In this document: positions 53,683 through 63,817 of the stretch, piece after piece
Layout: every line of letters starts with the position of its first letter
Position numbering within the stretch: the stretch's first letter is position 1
Source of the DNA: an uncultured Bacillota bacterium
GTDB taxonomy: Bacteria; Bacillota; Clostridia; Christensenellales; UBA1242
Direction: 5' to 3'
DNA length: 64,000 bases
Assembly: GCA_949292985.1 (NCBI GenBank)
Contig: CASFBF010000011.1
Location: 81,649-145,648, forward strand
The notes under the pieces: model-generated
The model's input: the letters and a program-made list of their open reading frames with translations, nothing else
What the model was told of the DNA's origin: nothing
Database searches by the model: none
Position numbers and translations under genes: made by a program

Positions 53683-54711
53683 ATGAAAAAACTTAAACTT
53701 GTTTTGGCTTTCATTTTATGTTGCACCTTTGCACTTACATCAAGTTTTCTTGTAGTAGGCTGTGGTGGGAAAGATTATAACAAAATCGCATTGAATGAAG
53801 TCACACACTCAATTTTCTATGCCCCACTCTATGCAGCCATGAATTTAGGTTATTTTGAAGATGAAGGTTTAGAAATTACTTTAACAAACGGTGGTGGATC
53901 AAATGTTTCTATGACAGCACTTATTTCAGGTTCAGCCGATATTATTCTTGCTGGGCCAGAAACAGTTGTTTACACAAACCAAGAAGGAATAACCGATCAA
54001 CCACAGGTTTTTGGTCAACTTACTCAAACAGACGGTTCTTTCATCGTATCCAAAGTTGGCGGTGAATTTGACATAACCGATTTAGTTGGCGAAGAAATTA
54101 TTGGTGGCAGAGCGGGCGGGCTTCCTGCAATGACACTTCAATACGCAATAGAGAGCGCTGGACTTGAAATAGGCACAGGCGACAATCAGGTAAATCTTAA
54201 CACAAATGTAGATTTTAACTCAATTGCAAGTGCTTTTGAAAACTCTAACGCAAAATATTGCACATTGTTTGAACCTAACGCTTCAAATCTTGTTGCTGCC
54301 CACCCTGAATACTCCATTGTGGCATCTGTTGCAGACCTTGTAGACACAAACATACCTTACACCTGCTTTATAGCAAAAGAAAGTTATCTTAACGACCACA
54401 GTGATGTTGCAGAAAAGTTTTTAAGAGCGGTTAAAAATGGTTATAACTACTTGAAAGCATGTTATGAAGAAAACAGGTTAGAAGATGCGGCAAAAGCATT
54501 GATTGCTTCATTTGACGGTATGACACTTGCTGATCTTGAAATTGCTGTTGAAGCATATTACAGAATTGAAGCATTTTCTCCAAGTATGATTATGAGTGAA
54601 GAATCATTTAACATTTTACTTGAAATCACCCAAAATGCGGGCATGCTTAACGGAAACACAAACTATTCGGAAGTTGTGAATACTGAAATTGCAACTAAAC
54701 TTGCTGTTTAA
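53683..54711 (+). CDS. ABC-transporter-type substrate-binding lipoprotein (NMT1/THI5 - SsuA/TauA-like)
   Basis: Start moved to ATG 53683 after AAAGGAGG. Signal peptide with lipobox LVVGC. IALNEVTHSIFYAPLYAAMNLGYFEDEGLEI is typical of the NMT1/sulfonate-binding family. Confidence 0.8.
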   Translation: MKKLKLVLAFILCCTFALTSSFLVVGCGGKDYNKIALNEVTHSIFYAPLYAAMNLGYFEDEGLEITLTNGGGSNVSMTALISGSADIILAGPETVVYTNQEGITDQPQVFGQLTQTDGSFIVSKVGGEFDITDLVGEEIIGGRAGGLPAMTLQYAIESAGLEIGTGDNQVNLNTNVDFNSIASAFENSNAKYCTLFEPNASNLVAAHPEYSIVASVADLVDTNIPYTCFIAKESYLNDHSDVAEKFLRAVKNGYNYLKACYEENRLEDAAKALIASFDGMTLADLEIAVEAYYRIEAFSPSMIMSEESFNILLEITQNAGMLNGNTNYSEVVNTEIATKLAV

Positions 54712-54716
54712 TAATA

Positions 54717-54749
54717 ACAAAAAAACTCAGGATTTCCTGAGTTTTTTTT
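54717..54749. terminator. Bidirectional terminator between the lipoprotein gene and acpS
   Basis: CTCAGG-attt-CCTGAG flanked by A-run and T-run. Confidence 0.65.
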
Positions 54750-55086
54750 ATTGTGCAATAACTACGGCCGTCGCAACCGTTTTGGTGTGTGTAATTGAAA
54801 TTTCAATAACTTTAAATTTAAGTTGATTAAATTTTTCTTTTGCTTTACCCAAAAGATTAAGGCTTGGCGCACCGTTTTCATCATGCAAAATTTCTATATC
54901 TAGAAAACTTATTCCTTTTTCACCAAGCACTTTAATCACCGCCTCTTTCCCCGTCCATAGTGATGCAATGTGCGGTTTTTTGTTTTTGAATTGATTAACA
55001 TAATCTCTTTCTTTTTCAGTTGAAATTTTGTTAAGCAATCTTTCACTCATTCGGCTTATGTTTTCGCTGTCAATCCCAATCTTCAT
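54748..55086 (-). CDS. acpS: Holo-[acyl-carrier-protein] synthase
   Basis: MKIGIDSENISRM... and the C-terminal ISITHTKTVATAVV are typical of AcpS. Start chosen after GAGGTGG; the ORF track extends to 55098. Confidence 0.85.
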   Translation of the reverse strand: MKIGIDSENISRMSERLLNKISTEKERDYVNQFKNKKPHIASLWTGKEAVIKVLGEKGISFLDIEILHDENGAPSLNLLGKAKEKFNQLKFKVIEISITHTKTVATAVVIAQ

Positions 55087-55702
55087 CATCCACCTCACTT
55101 AAAACATTGTTCAATGCGCCAGTAATTATCTCCCCCGAAAAACCTTTTGAAAATAAATGTGCGTAGGCTTTGCTTTTTAGTTTAGGGTCTGCTTTTTTGT
55201 TTTTTATATATTTTTTTAATAAACTTTCACATGCCTGTTGTTGCTCATCATCTTCAACAAATTCTTCAAGTGCTTCTTCAATAATTTGGTTAGACACTCC
55301 CTTAGAAAGTAAATCAAATTTTAACTTAATTTTACCTTTTTTATTTTTATAAGTTTTAATATAATTTTCCGCATAAACAACATCATCAACATAACCATAT
55401 TCTTTAAGTTTGCCAATTGCATCATCTATGCTTTCCTGTAAAAACCCTTTTTCTTTTAAATAGGTTCTCATTTGTTTTTCAGTTTTTAAACACTTTTCAA
55501 CATATCCAACCGCTCTTTCAAAAGCAGAAAGTTTGCCATTTTCAAGTTTAATTTGTTTTAAATTTTCTTCGTCAATTTCATCGCCAGTTTTTAGTTTATA
55601 CTTAACCAAAATCTCCGCTTCCAAAGTGCCATTAAAAACATAATCGATATAAATCGAATACCTGTCGCCTTTACCAATTTTTTTAATTTCGGTTATTTGC
55701 AT
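55070..55702 (-). CDS. recX: Recombination regulator RecX
   Basis: 210 aa. Three-repeat helical RecX pattern (EKQMRTYLKEKGF..IDDAIGKLKEYGYVDDVVYAENYI). Confidence 0.85.
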   Translation of the reverse strand: MQITEIKKIGKGDRYSIYIDYVFNGTLEAEILVKYKLKTGDEIDEENLKQIKLENGKLSAFERAVGYVEKCLKTEKQMRTYLKEKGFLQESIDDAIGKLKEYGYVDDVVYAENYIKTYKNKKGKIKLKFDLLSKGVSNQIIEEALEEFVEDDEQQQACESLLKKYIKNKKADPKLKSKAYAHLFSKGFSGEIITGALNNVLSEVDDEDWD

Positions 55703-56056
55703 TTAATCCCCTTTCAGTGCTTCGCTGGCAGATTTGGTGTATGCTCGCACCAAACCTCCTGCGCCCAATTTAATTCCACCAAAATATCTAACCACAATCA
55801 CAGCCACATTTTGCAGTTTTTTCTTTTTTATAACCGAAAGAATTGGTTGCCCAGCAGTTCCTTTTGGTTCGCCGTCATCAAAACATTTTTCTTCGAAAGG
55901 TTGCGAAAAACTGTAAGCATAACAAACATGCGTGGCTTTTTTGTGTTGTTTTTTAAGTTCTTCAAGTTCACTTAAAAAATCGTTTACAGTGCCATCAAAC
56001 CTATAAAAACAAAATCTGGATTTTTTAATTTCTATTTCGCCCTGTAAGTTAATCAT
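55703..56056 (-). CDS. IMPACT/YigZ family protein, N-terminal (UPF0029) domain only
   Basis: 117 aa. IKKSRF...ATHVCYAY...DDGEPKGTAGQPIL...VVRYFGGIKLGAGGLVRAY. Confidence 0.85.
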   Translation of the reverse strand: MINLQGEIEIKKSRFCFYRFDGTVNDFLSELEELKKQHKKATHVCYAYSFSQPFEEKCFDDGEPKGTAGQPILSVIKKKKLQNVAVIVVRYFGGIKLGAGGLVRAYTKSASEALKGD

Positions 56057-57279
56057 TATTTAATTTCCACTTTAATAAATGCTTTCTTGCCTTTTTTGAG
56101 CAAAACATCTTTATCAATCATAAGGTCGATTGAAGAAATTTTTTCGCCGTCAACGCTTATACCACCACCTTCAATAAGCCTTCTTGCCTCGCTTTTTGAA
56201 GATGTGAGTGAAGTTTTAACCAACAAATCGCAAATATTTATTGGACATTCCGACTTGCTTACTTCAAACTTAGGTGCGTCATCACCGCCATGAGTGAACA
56301 AATTTTCGCTCATTTTTTGCGCTTCAATTGCATCTGCCTCTCCACGAACGAATTTAGTAATCAAATATGACAATTTCTTTTTAGCGCTAACAATATCATT
56401 TTTAATCATTTCCCTAACTTCGTTCATAGGAATATCTGTAAACAAAGCAAACATCATTTCAACACAAGCGTCTGGTGTTTGATAAATTCCTTGGTAAAAA
56501 TGATAGGCTGAAATTTTATCTTTATCAAGCCAAATTGCACCACGCTCGGTCTTACCCATTTTCACACCAGCAGGCGTTACTAAAAGCGGATTGGTTGCAC
56601 CAATTAAAGAAACATCTGTGCCGTTTGCAAAGTTGAGTTTGCGTTGAAGTTCAACGCCCGCAACGATATTCCCCCATTGGTCTGCCCCACCATATTGAAG
56701 AGTGCAACCATACTTACGGTTAAGTTCAATAAAGTCGTATGCTTGCATGAGCATATAACCCATTTCAAAAAAGGTTAACCCCCCTTCTTCCATTCTTTTT
56801 GAATAAAGTTCGTTGGCAAGCATTTTGTTCACATTAAAATGAACACCTATTTCACGCATAAAATCGATATAAGAATAATTTTTAAACCAATCTGCATTGT
56901 TAACTATGATTGCAGGGTTTTCGCCGTCAAAATCCAAAAATATTTTAAGAGAATTTTTAATCTTTTCTATGTTATTTTCAATTTGTTTTTTTGACATTAT
57001 ATTGCGCATTTCACTTTTGCCACTTGGGTCACCAATACACGCAGTTGCTCCGCCCATAAGCAACAAAACCTTGTGTCCTGCCTTTTGAAATCTTCTTAAA
57101 ATGCAATAAGGAATGCAATGCCCTAAATGCAAACTATCCATTGTAGGGTCTGTACCTTCATACAATGTAATTGGCACACCAGATGTTAGGCGTTTTTTAA
57201 GTTCTTCCTCATCTGTGCATTGATATAGAAGCCCTCTTTCTTTTAAAGTATCATATAATTTTGTGTCAATTTTGCTCAT
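56056..57279 (-). CDS. tyrS: Tyrosine--tRNA ligase
   Basis: HIGH-type DSLHLGH, KMGKT (KMSKS) and a C-terminal S4 domain. Start ATG 57279 after AGGAGGA. The ORF-track start at 57300 lies inside the T-box terminator. Confidence 0.95.
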   Translation of the reverse strand: MSKIDTKLYDTLKERGLLYQCTDEEELKKRLTSGVPITLYEGTDPTMDSLHLGHCIPYCILRRFQKAGHKVLLLMGGATACIGDPSGKSEMRNIMSKKQIENNIEKIKNSLKIFLDFDGENPAIIVNNADWFKNYSYIDFMREIGVHFNVNKMLANELYSKRMEEGGLTFFEMGYMLMQAYDFIELNRKYGCTLQYGGADQWGNIVAGVELQRKLNFANGTDVSLIGATNPLLVTPAGVKMGKTERGAIWLDKDKISAYHFYQGIYQTPDACVEMMFALFTDIPMNEVREMIKNDIVSAKKKLSYLITKFVRGEADAIEAQKMSENLFTHGGDDAPKFEVSKSECPINICDLLVKTSLTSSKSEARRLIEGGGISVDGEKISSIDLMIDKDVLLKKGKKAFIKVEIK

Positions 57280-57289
57280 ATTTCCTCCT

Positions 57290-57475
57290 AAAAAACGCAC
57301 GCCTCCCTGTTTTTAGGACGAAGCGTGCGTTCGTGGTACCACCTAAATTCGTGTTTTAAACACCTTATTAACTTTTTCGCAAAGTAAAGCGCAAAACTTG
57401 AAATAATTGTATTTTAGTTTTTTCTTCGACCAAGGCTTACACCAACCGCCTAGGCTCTCTGATTTGCCCAAAAAA
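57290..57475 (-). promoter_or_regulatory. T-box riboswitch leader (Tyr specifier UAC) of tyrS
   Basis: On the minus strand: AGAGAG bulge motif, distal GGTTGGTGTAAGCC, specifier AAAAUACA (UAC at 57411..57409 followed by A), T-box AATTTAGGTGGTACCACGAACG (about 57349..57327), and terminator ACGCACGC...GCGTGCGT + T6 (57330..57290). Confidence 0.85.
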
Positions 57476-57516
57476 ACCTACTTGTTTTATTCCGCCATTT
57501 TGATTTTAACATAAAC

Positions 57517-57545
57517 ATTCTATCTTCTTACAAAAATTTTGTCAA
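57517..57545 (-). promoter_or_regulatory. sigmaA promoter of the tyrS T-box leader
   Basis: TTGACA (57545..57540), 17 nt spacer, TAGAAT (57522..57517). Confidence 0.6.
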
Positions 57546-57549
57546 GCAT

Positions 57550-58839
57550 TTAGTGTGCTTTTACACCGTAGCATGCTTTTGCTCCCAATTTTTCTTCAAT
57601 TCTGAGTAATTGGTTGTATTTTGCAACTCGTTCACTTCTGCATGGTGCCCCTGTTTTAATTTGCCCACACCCAAGCCCGACTGCAAGGTCGGCAATAAAA
57701 GTGTCTTCCGTCTCGCCACTGCGATGAGATACTATAACCCCATAACCATTTTTTTGAGCAAGTTTTATTGCCTCAATTGTTTCAGTAAGCGAACCAATTT
57801 GATTAACTTTAATTAAAATTGCATTGGCGCACTTTTGCTTTATACCTTTTTTAAGCCTTTCAACATTTGTTACAAACAAATCGTCGCCAACAAGTTGAAT
57901 TTTGTTGCCAAGAATTTTTGTAAGTTTTGCCCAACCTTCCCAATCTTCCTCAGCAAGCCCATCTTCAATAGAAATTATGTTATATTTTTTAACAAGTTTT
58001 TGATAATACTCTATAAGTTTTTCTGTTGTGAAAAGTTTTTTAGTTTTCCAAAAATAATATTTACCTTCTTCGCTAATTTTTTGTGCTTCGTTAAACATCT
58101 CGCTTGCTGCAACATCTAGTGCGATTCCAACATCGCCACCCAATTTTAGCCCTGCTTTTTTAATGGCTCGAACAATAAAGTCCAAAGCCTCTTCATCATC
58201 TTTTAAGTTAGGCGCAAACCCGCCTTCATCTCCCACACCAGTTGAAAGATTTTTATTTTTTAACAATTCTTTCAACGCATGATAAATGTTTGAAGACCAC
58301 TCTAACGCCTGCGAAAAAGTTTTTGCACCAGTAGGAACAATCATAAATTCTTGAATATTTAAGTTGTTGTCAGCATGTTTGCCACCATTTAAAATATTCA
58401 GCATAGGCACTGGCAATATGCTTTCTTTGCCTAAATAGCGGTATAATGGAACGCCTTTTGCATTTGCGGCTGCCACTGCTGTTGCAAGGCTTACGCCTAA
58501 TATTGCATTAGCACCTAAATTTGCTTTATTAACTGAGCCGTCAAGTTCAATAAGTTTTTTATCTAAATTTTTTTGGTCAAAACAATTTAGTCCAACAACA
58601 GTTTTAGAAATTATTTTATTTACATTATTTACAGCATTAAGCACTGATTTACCATTATAATAATTTTTGTTCCCGTCTCTAAGTTCCACTGCTTCGTATG
58701 CACCAGTTGAAGCCCCTGACGGAACTGCTGCCCTACCCATAGCACCATTTGAAAGCGTTACATCTACTTCCAAAGTTGGGTTGCTTCTTGAATCCAAAAT
58801 TTGTCTTGCGTGAACCGATTTAATTTTTACTACTTCCAT
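57550..58839 (-). CDS. eno: Enolase
   Basis: 429 aa. Canonical enolase sequence ([34 protein letters not shown]). Confidence 0.97.
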   Translation of the reverse strand: MEVVKIKSVHARQILDSRSNPTLEVDVTLSNGAMGRAAVPSGASTGAYEAVELRDGNKNYYNGKSVLNAVNNVNKIISKTVVGLNCFDQKNLDKKLIELDGSVNKANLGANAILGVSLATAVAAANAKGVPLYRYLGKESILPVPMLNILNGGKHADNNLNIQEFMIVPTGAKTFSQALEWSSNIYHALKELLKNKNLSTGVGDEGGFAPNLKDDEEALDFIVRAIKKAGLKLGGDVGIALDVAASEMFNEAQKISEEGKYYFWKTKKLFTTEKLIEYYQKLVKKYNIISIEDGLAEEDWEGWAKLTKILGNKIQLVGDDLFVTNVERLKKGIKQKCANAILIKVNQIGSLTETIEAIKLAQKNGYGVIVSHRSGETEDTFIADLAVGLGCGQIKTGAPCRSERVAKYNQLLRIEEKLGAKACYGVKAH

Positions 58840-58857
58840 TTTTCACCTTCTTGTTCA

Positions 58858-58885
58858 ATTATATCAACAATCGCCTTTTTTTCAA
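58858..58885 (-). promoter_or_regulatory. Candidate sigmaA promoter of eno
   Basis: TTGAAA (58885..58880), 16 nt spacer, TATAAT (58863..58858). GAAGGTG RBS follows. Confidence 0.5.
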
Positions 58886-58902
58886 AACATTAAACGTAAT
58901 TA

Positions 58903-58931
58903 TTGGCAAATTAGCAAAAATGTGATAAAAT
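58903..58931 (+). promoter_or_regulatory. Candidate sigmaA promoter of ung
   Basis: TTGGCA (58903..58908), 17 nt spacer, TGaTAAAAT (-10 at 58926..58931). Confidence 0.5.
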
Positions 58932-58947
58932 TTTAATGGAGAAAAAC

Positions 58948-59604
58948 ATGAAAATAAGAAAAAGTTGGCTTGAACTTTTAAAAGACGAAACTGAAAAAGA
59001 TTATTTTAAATCTCTTCAACAATTTTTAAAATCAGAGCGCGCTAAGTATGATGTTTATCCCGAAGACGACTTGGTTTTTAACGCATTAAATTTTGTTCCA
59101 TATGATAAAGTCAAAGTTGTGATATTGGGACAAGACCCATATCACGAACCAGGCCAAGCGCACGGGCTAAGTTTTTCGGTGTTAGACCCAACTCCACTTC
59201 CGCCATCACTTATAAACATATATCAGGAAATAAAATTCGACCTTGGAATTGAGCCTGAAAAAAGTGGGGATTTATCCCGTTGGGCAAAACAAGGGGTTTT
59301 ACTTTTAAACACAACCCTAACTGTTAGAAAACATGTTGCAATGAGCCATAAAGGAAAAGGTTGGGAAGAATTTACTGGCAAAATAATTTCTCTTCTTGCG
59401 CAAAGAAAAGAGCCTATGGTGTTCATGCTTTGGGGCTCACATGCCCAACAATTTGCAAGTCAAATTCCTGCAAGGCATTTGGTTTTAAAAGCGCCACATC
59501 CAAGCCCTCTGTCTGCATATAGAGGCTTCTTTGGTTGCAAACATTTTTCTAAATGCAACGATTTTTTAAAAGCAAACGGCTACCAGCCAATAGACTGGCA
59601 TTAA
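58948..59604 (+). CDS. ung: Uracil-DNA glycosylase (family 1)
   Basis: GQDPYH water-activating motif and HPSPLSA loop. Start ATG 58948, 6 nt after GGAG. The ATG at 58936 lies at or before the predicted transcription start. Confidence 0.93.
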   Translation: MKIRKSWLELLKDETEKDYFKSLQQFLKSERAKYDVYPEDDLVFNALNFVPYDKVKVVILGQDPYHEPGQAHGLSFSVLDPTPLPPSLINIYQEIKFDLGIEPEKSGDLSRWAKQGVLLLNTTLTVRKHVAMSHKGKGWEEFTGKIISLLAQRKEPMVFMLWGSHAQQFASQIPARHLVLKAPHPSPLSAYRGFFGCKHFSKCNDFLKANGYQPIDWH

Positions 59605-59631
59605 AAAACGGAGCATCGCTCCGTTTTTTTT
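59603..59631. terminator. Bidirectional terminator between ung and hpf
   Basis: ACGGAGC-atc-GCTCCGT flanked by A6 and T8. Confidence 0.7.
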
Positions 59632-60154
59632 AATAATTAACTTCAATCAAGCCAAACTTTTCATCTTTTCTTCTGTAAAGAACATTTACTTTGCCTGTTT
59701 CAGCGTTTAAGAAAACAAAGAATTCATGGCCAAGTCTGTCAATATAATCTTTTGCATCTTCAACAGTGATTGGTTCAAGTTCAAAGGTTTTTTTCTTAAA
59801 AACTTCTGGAAGTTTTTCTTCTGGTGCTTCTTTGATAAATTCAAAAGCGCCAATTTCTTTAACTCTGTTTTTTGCGATTTTCTTATCTTTATGTCTAACA
59901 ATTTGTCTTTCAATTTTTGGAAGAGCAAGGTCAATGTTGTTATACATCTCATCGCTTTCAACTTCACTTCTGTAAAGCATGCCTTTATTAACGATTGTTA
60001 ATTCAAGTTTTTGAATTTTATTTTGTTCACTGCAAAGCACTTTAACTTTTGCGTCATCTCCAAAATACTTTGAAAGTCTGTTTACTTTATCTGTAATAAC
60101 TTCTTTCAATCTGCTTGGTATTTTGTAGTTTCTTTCAATAAATTCAATTTTCAT
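59630..60154 (-). CDS. hpf: Ribosome hibernation promoting factor (long form)
   Basis: N-terminal S30AE/RaiA domain plus a C-terminal dimerisation domain (PITVEDAKDYIDRLGHEFFVFLN). Start ATG 60154, 7 nt after GGAG. Confidence 0.9.
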   Translation of the reverse strand: MKIEFIERNYKIPSRLKEVITDKVNRLSKYFGDDAKVKVLCSEQNKIQKLELTIVNKGMLYRSEVESDEMYNNIDLALPKIERQIVRHKDKKIAKNRVKEIGAFEFIKEAPEEKLPEVFKKKTFELEPITVEDAKDYIDRLGHEFFVFLNAETGKVNVLYRRKDEKFGLIEVNY

Positions 60155-60208
60155 AGTCATCTCCTTCAAGATTATTCTAACAAATTTTATGTTTTTTTCA
60201 AACTAATT

Positions 60209-62632
60209 TCATGCGTTTTTAGAAGTGAATTCAAGATCTTTGCCGTTAAAGTCAATTTCAATAACGCCTTTATCATTAAGTTCACCTAACAGAATTTTTT
60301 CCGCAATTCTATCTTCAACTTCCTGTTGCAAAAATCTTTTAAGCGGTCTTGCCCCATATTCCGAACTTGACCCTTTACTTACAACATAATCAAGCGCATC
60401 TTCGGTAATTCTGAGCGATAAATTTTTCTCTTGCAAACGCTTGTTAATGTTAGAAATCATTATTTTTGCAATTTTAACAAGTTGTTCTTGACTTAATGGT
60501 TCAAAAACGCAAACTACATCAATTCTGTTAATAAATTCAGGTTTGAATTTTTGTTTTAATGCGTGAAGATAAATTTCTTTATCAGAAACATTTTCTTCGT
60601 CGTCACCAAAGCCCAGTTTTTTATTATGGCTTACTTCACTTGCGCCTACATTCGATGTCATGATGATTACAGTGTTTTTAAAACTAACCGTTCTGCCTTG
60701 CCCATCAGTAAGTCTGCCGTCATCAAGAATTTGAAGCAACGCATTAAAAATATCAGGATGCGCCTTTTCAATTTCATCAAACAACACAACAGAATAAGGT
60801 CTTCTTCTAACCTGTTCAGTCAGTTGACCACCTTCGTCATATCCCACATATCCAGGAGGTGCACCAATAAGTTTTGAAACTGAATGCGACTCCATGTATT
60901 CTGACATATCAATTCTGATTATATTGTTTTCATCATCAAAAAGTGCCTCTGCGATTGCTTTTGAAAGTTCGGTTTTGCCCACGCCTGTCTGCCCTAAGAA
61001 AAGGAATGAACCAATAGGTCGTTTAGAATCTTGCAATCCAACTCTTGAACGCCTGATTGCTTTTGCAACGGCATTTACAGCCTCGTCCTGACCAACAACA
61101 CGCTTATGCAAAATCTCTTCTAAATGCAAAAGTTTTTGTTTTTCGCTTTCTGTAATTCTAGTAACTGGAATTCCCGTCCATTTTGAAACTACGCTTGCAA
61201 TTTCGTTTGCGCCAATTTGCCCAGTGGACTTGTTTTTAGGCTTAAATTTATCCTGTTTTTTCTTCAACTCATCTTCCAGTTTGATAATTTCTGACTGTAA
61301 TGTTGCCGCTTTTTCATAATTTCTTTGCAAAGATGCATCATCTCTTGAAGAAGAAAGTTGAGCAATTTTATCTTCAATTTCTTTAATAGCCTGAGGTTTT
61401 ACAGAAAAATTAACTTTGGCTTTACTGCATGCTTCATCAATCAGGTCAATTGCTTTATCTGGCAGGCTTCTATCCATAATATATCTGTCAGAAAGCACAG
61501 CGGCGGCTTCTATTGCCTCGTCGCTAATTTTAATTTTATGGAAAGCCTCATAACTATCTTTAAGCCCTTTTAAAATTTCAATAGTATCTGAAACAGATGG
61601 CGGAGCAACCATAATAGGCTGGAATCTTCGTTCTAGCGCTTTATCTTTTTCAATAAATTTTCTATACTCATCAGTTGTTGTTGCGCCTATGGTTTGCATT
61701 TCGCCACGAGCAAGATATGGTTTCAACATATCAGCAGGGCTTGTCTCGCCTTTTTCTGAGCCTGCCTGAGCAAGAGTGTGGATTTCATCAATAAAGACAA
61801 TGATGTTTTTGTTTTGAATGATTGTTTCAATGGCATCTTTAAGTTTTTCTTCCATAGAGCCACGATATTTTGTTCCAGCCATAAGTCCGCCTATTTCAAG
61901 CGAGAAAATTACTTTATCCTTCAAAATTTCAGGAACATTGCCACTTACAATAGCCTGTGCAAGTCCTTCCACAATGGCGGTTTTACCAACGCCTGCCTCA
62001 CCTATTAAAACTGGGTTATTTTTTGTTTTACGGCAAAGAATTTCAATCACTCTTTCAATTTCTTCTTCTCTGCCTATAACAGGGTCCAGTTTATGTTCCT
62101 TTGCTTTCAAAGTTATATCACTGCCCATTTCAAGCAATTTTTCTGGTAATGTGCTTTTTGATTGAGGGTCTTTTGCTTTTCCAGCAGTTTGTCCACTTGA
62201 AAGCGAAGCAGAAATTTTGTTGAACAACGATTGAACATCAACTCCGTAATGGTTAGTTAAAAGTTTTAAAGCCACAGAGCCAGAAGATGACAAAATGGCA
62301 AGCAACAAATGCTCTGTTCCCAAAAATGAATTGTCATATTCCAGCGCAATTTGCTGGGCAATTCTAAACAAATCTTTCACACGAGGCGAAAGTTCTACTG
62401 AGCCATAAACAGGCTCTTCAAAAGAATTTTCACTGAAAAGTTCAAAAAGGTCTTCCTCTGTAACGCCGTATTCGGCAAGGGCTTTGGAGGCAAGGCACTC
62501 TTTCACAGAAGTAATTCCGTATAAAATATGTTCTGTGCCAACAACATCACTTCCAAATCTTAAAGCAATGCGACTGGCATTTTTGATAACTTTTTCAATG
62601 GTATCTGAAAAATAATTTGCACCTATGTTCAT
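60209..62632 (-). CDS. clpC: ATP-dependent Clp protease ATPase subunit ClpC
   Basis: 807 aa. Clp_N repeats and two AAA+ modules (GEAGVGKTA, GQTGVGKTE) with a UVR-like middle domain. Confidence 0.93.
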   Translation of the reverse strand: MNIGANYFSDTIEKVIKNASRIALRFGSDVVGTEHILYGITSVKECLASKALAEYGVTEEDLFELFSENSFEEPVYGSVELSPRVKDLFRIAQQIALEYDNSFLGTEHLLLAILSSSGSVALKLLTNHYGVDVQSLFNKISASLSSGQTAGKAKDPQSKSTLPEKLLEMGSDITLKAKEHKLDPVIGREEEIERVIEILCRKTKNNPVLIGEAGVGKTAIVEGLAQAIVSGNVPEILKDKVIFSLEIGGLMAGTKYRGSMEEKLKDAIETIIQNKNIIVFIDEIHTLAQAGSEKGETSPADMLKPYLARGEMQTIGATTTDEYRKFIEKDKALERRFQPIMVAPPSVSDTIEILKGLKDSYEAFHKIKISDEAIEAAAVLSDRYIMDRSLPDKAIDLIDEACSKAKVNFSVKPQAIKEIEDKIAQLSSSRDDASLQRNYEKAATLQSEIIKLEDELKKKQDKFKPKNKSTGQIGANEIASVVSKWTGIPVTRITESEKQKLLHLEEILHKRVVGQDEAVNAVAKAIRRSRVGLQDSKRPIGSFLFLGQTGVGKTELSKAIAEALFDDENNIIRIDMSEYMESHSVSKLIGAPPGYVGYDEGGQLTEQVRRRPYSVVLFDEIEKAHPDIFNALLQILDDGRLTDGQGRTVSFKNTVIIMTSNVGASEVSHNKKLGFGDDEENVSDKEIYLHALKQKFKPEFINRIDVVCVFEPLSQEQLVKIAKIMISNINKRLQEKNLSLRITEDALDYVVSKGSSSEYGARPLKRFLQQEVEDRIAEKILLGELNDKGVIEIDFNGKDLEFTSKNA

Positions 62633-63645
62633 CTATCTCCTCCTTTTTTAACCAGATTTTTTACCCTCTTTGAGATATACTCGGCACGGATATGATTTTC
62701 CTTTTCATTTTGCGAAAAACCGCGAATTTCTTTCATTGACGCACTTCCAGCATGATAATAAAGTTTCATAAACATTTCGGTATCGCTTATTTTTAAAATA
62801 CCAAGTTCATGACCAAATCTAATCCAGCCAAGCAATGAAAACATCTCTTTTTCTTCAAGCATGTAGGCATTTAAAATTGTGCCATATGCCCTTAAAATTT
62901 GGTCGCAAATTTTATCATGATTTTGCTCAAAAAGTGAGTTTCTTAAACTTATTTCTTCTTCATAAATGTTATAGAAGAAATCATTGACTCTGTCTATAAT
63001 TTCCTCTTCTGTTAGCCACAACAACCCTTGATTGGAAATTTGATATAAAAACCCCATACCCTCACTGCCTTCGCCATAAACTCCCCTAAAAGTCAAACCA
63101 AACTTGCGTGCTTGTGAAATTATGTCGTCAATTCTTCCGCTTATTTCTAGCGCAGGGATAAACACCATGATAGAGGCCCTCATGCCTGTTCCTAAATTTG
63201 ATGGAGAAGATGTTAAATAGCCAAACTCTTCATCAAAAGCAATTTGAAAACTAGAAGAAATTTTTTCATCAAGAGGTAACAACTTTTTGTAAGCATTAAA
63301 AAGATTAAACCCCGGCAAAACGCTTTGCAGGCGCAAATGATCCTCTTCCAAAATCATCACATTTATGCTTTCGTCCTCGTTGGTTGAAACCAGAGCGATA
63401 TCTTTATTTTCAATAAGTTCTTTACTAATTACATGTCTTTCCAAAAGCGCTGTGCAACGAGAAAGAGGCATAGAAGCCAGTTCAAGAGTTGTGAAATCTC
63501 CCGAAGCAGTAAGCAAAGCACGCATTGAAGAAGTGATGTAATAAATTTTGTTGGTATCAATAAGTTTTGGCATAAATTCCACATCTGCTATGTTTCTGGC
63601 AAGCCTAATACGCGAAGAGATTGCCACGCTATCAAAATTCTTCAT
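62629..63645 (-). CDS. mcsB: Protein arginine kinase McsB
   Basis: 338 aa. ATP:guanido phosphotransferase domain (NEDESINVMILEEDHLRLQS, GTGMRAS). 4-nt overlap with clpC. Confidence 0.9.
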   Translation of the reverse strand: MKNFDSVAISSRIRLARNIADVEFMPKLIDTNKIYYITSSMRALLTASGDFTTLELASMPLSRCTALLERHVISKELIENKDIALVSTNEDESINVMILEEDHLRLQSVLPGFNLFNAYKKLLPLDEKISSSFQIAFDEEFGYLTSSPSNLGTGMRASIMVFIPALEISGRIDDIISQARKFGLTFRGVYGEGSEGMGFLYQISNQGLLWLTEEEIIDRVNDFFYNIYEEEISLRNSLFEQNHDKICDQILRAYGTILNAYMLEEKEMFSLLGWIRFGHELGILKISDTEMFMKLYYHAGSASMKEIRGFSQNEKENHIRAEYISKRVKNLVKKGGDR

Positions 63646-63814
63646 GACGCCTCCTCACAGGCTTTCTGCCCGAAAAAGACTTGCCGTCAAAAAGTTCTTT
63701 GACAATATTTTCCAAATCTTTAATTTCACGATAGCAATGTTCACAGCCCACAAATCCGCTTTCTTTTATGCTTTTAAGTGTGCTTGAACAATATGGACAA
63801 GTTTTATTATCCAA
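63632..63814 (-). CDS. mcsA: Minimal McsA-like zinc-ribbon protein (60 aa)
   Basis: TTG start 7 nt after AAGGAG. CPYC...CEHC zinc ribbon. Positioned directly upstream of mcsB and overlapping it, where mcsA normally sits. Confidence 0.6.
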   Translation of the reverse strand: MDNKTCPYCSSTLKSIKESGFVGCEHCYREIKDLENIVKELFDGKSFSGRKPVRRRHEEF

Positions 63815-63817
63815 ATT

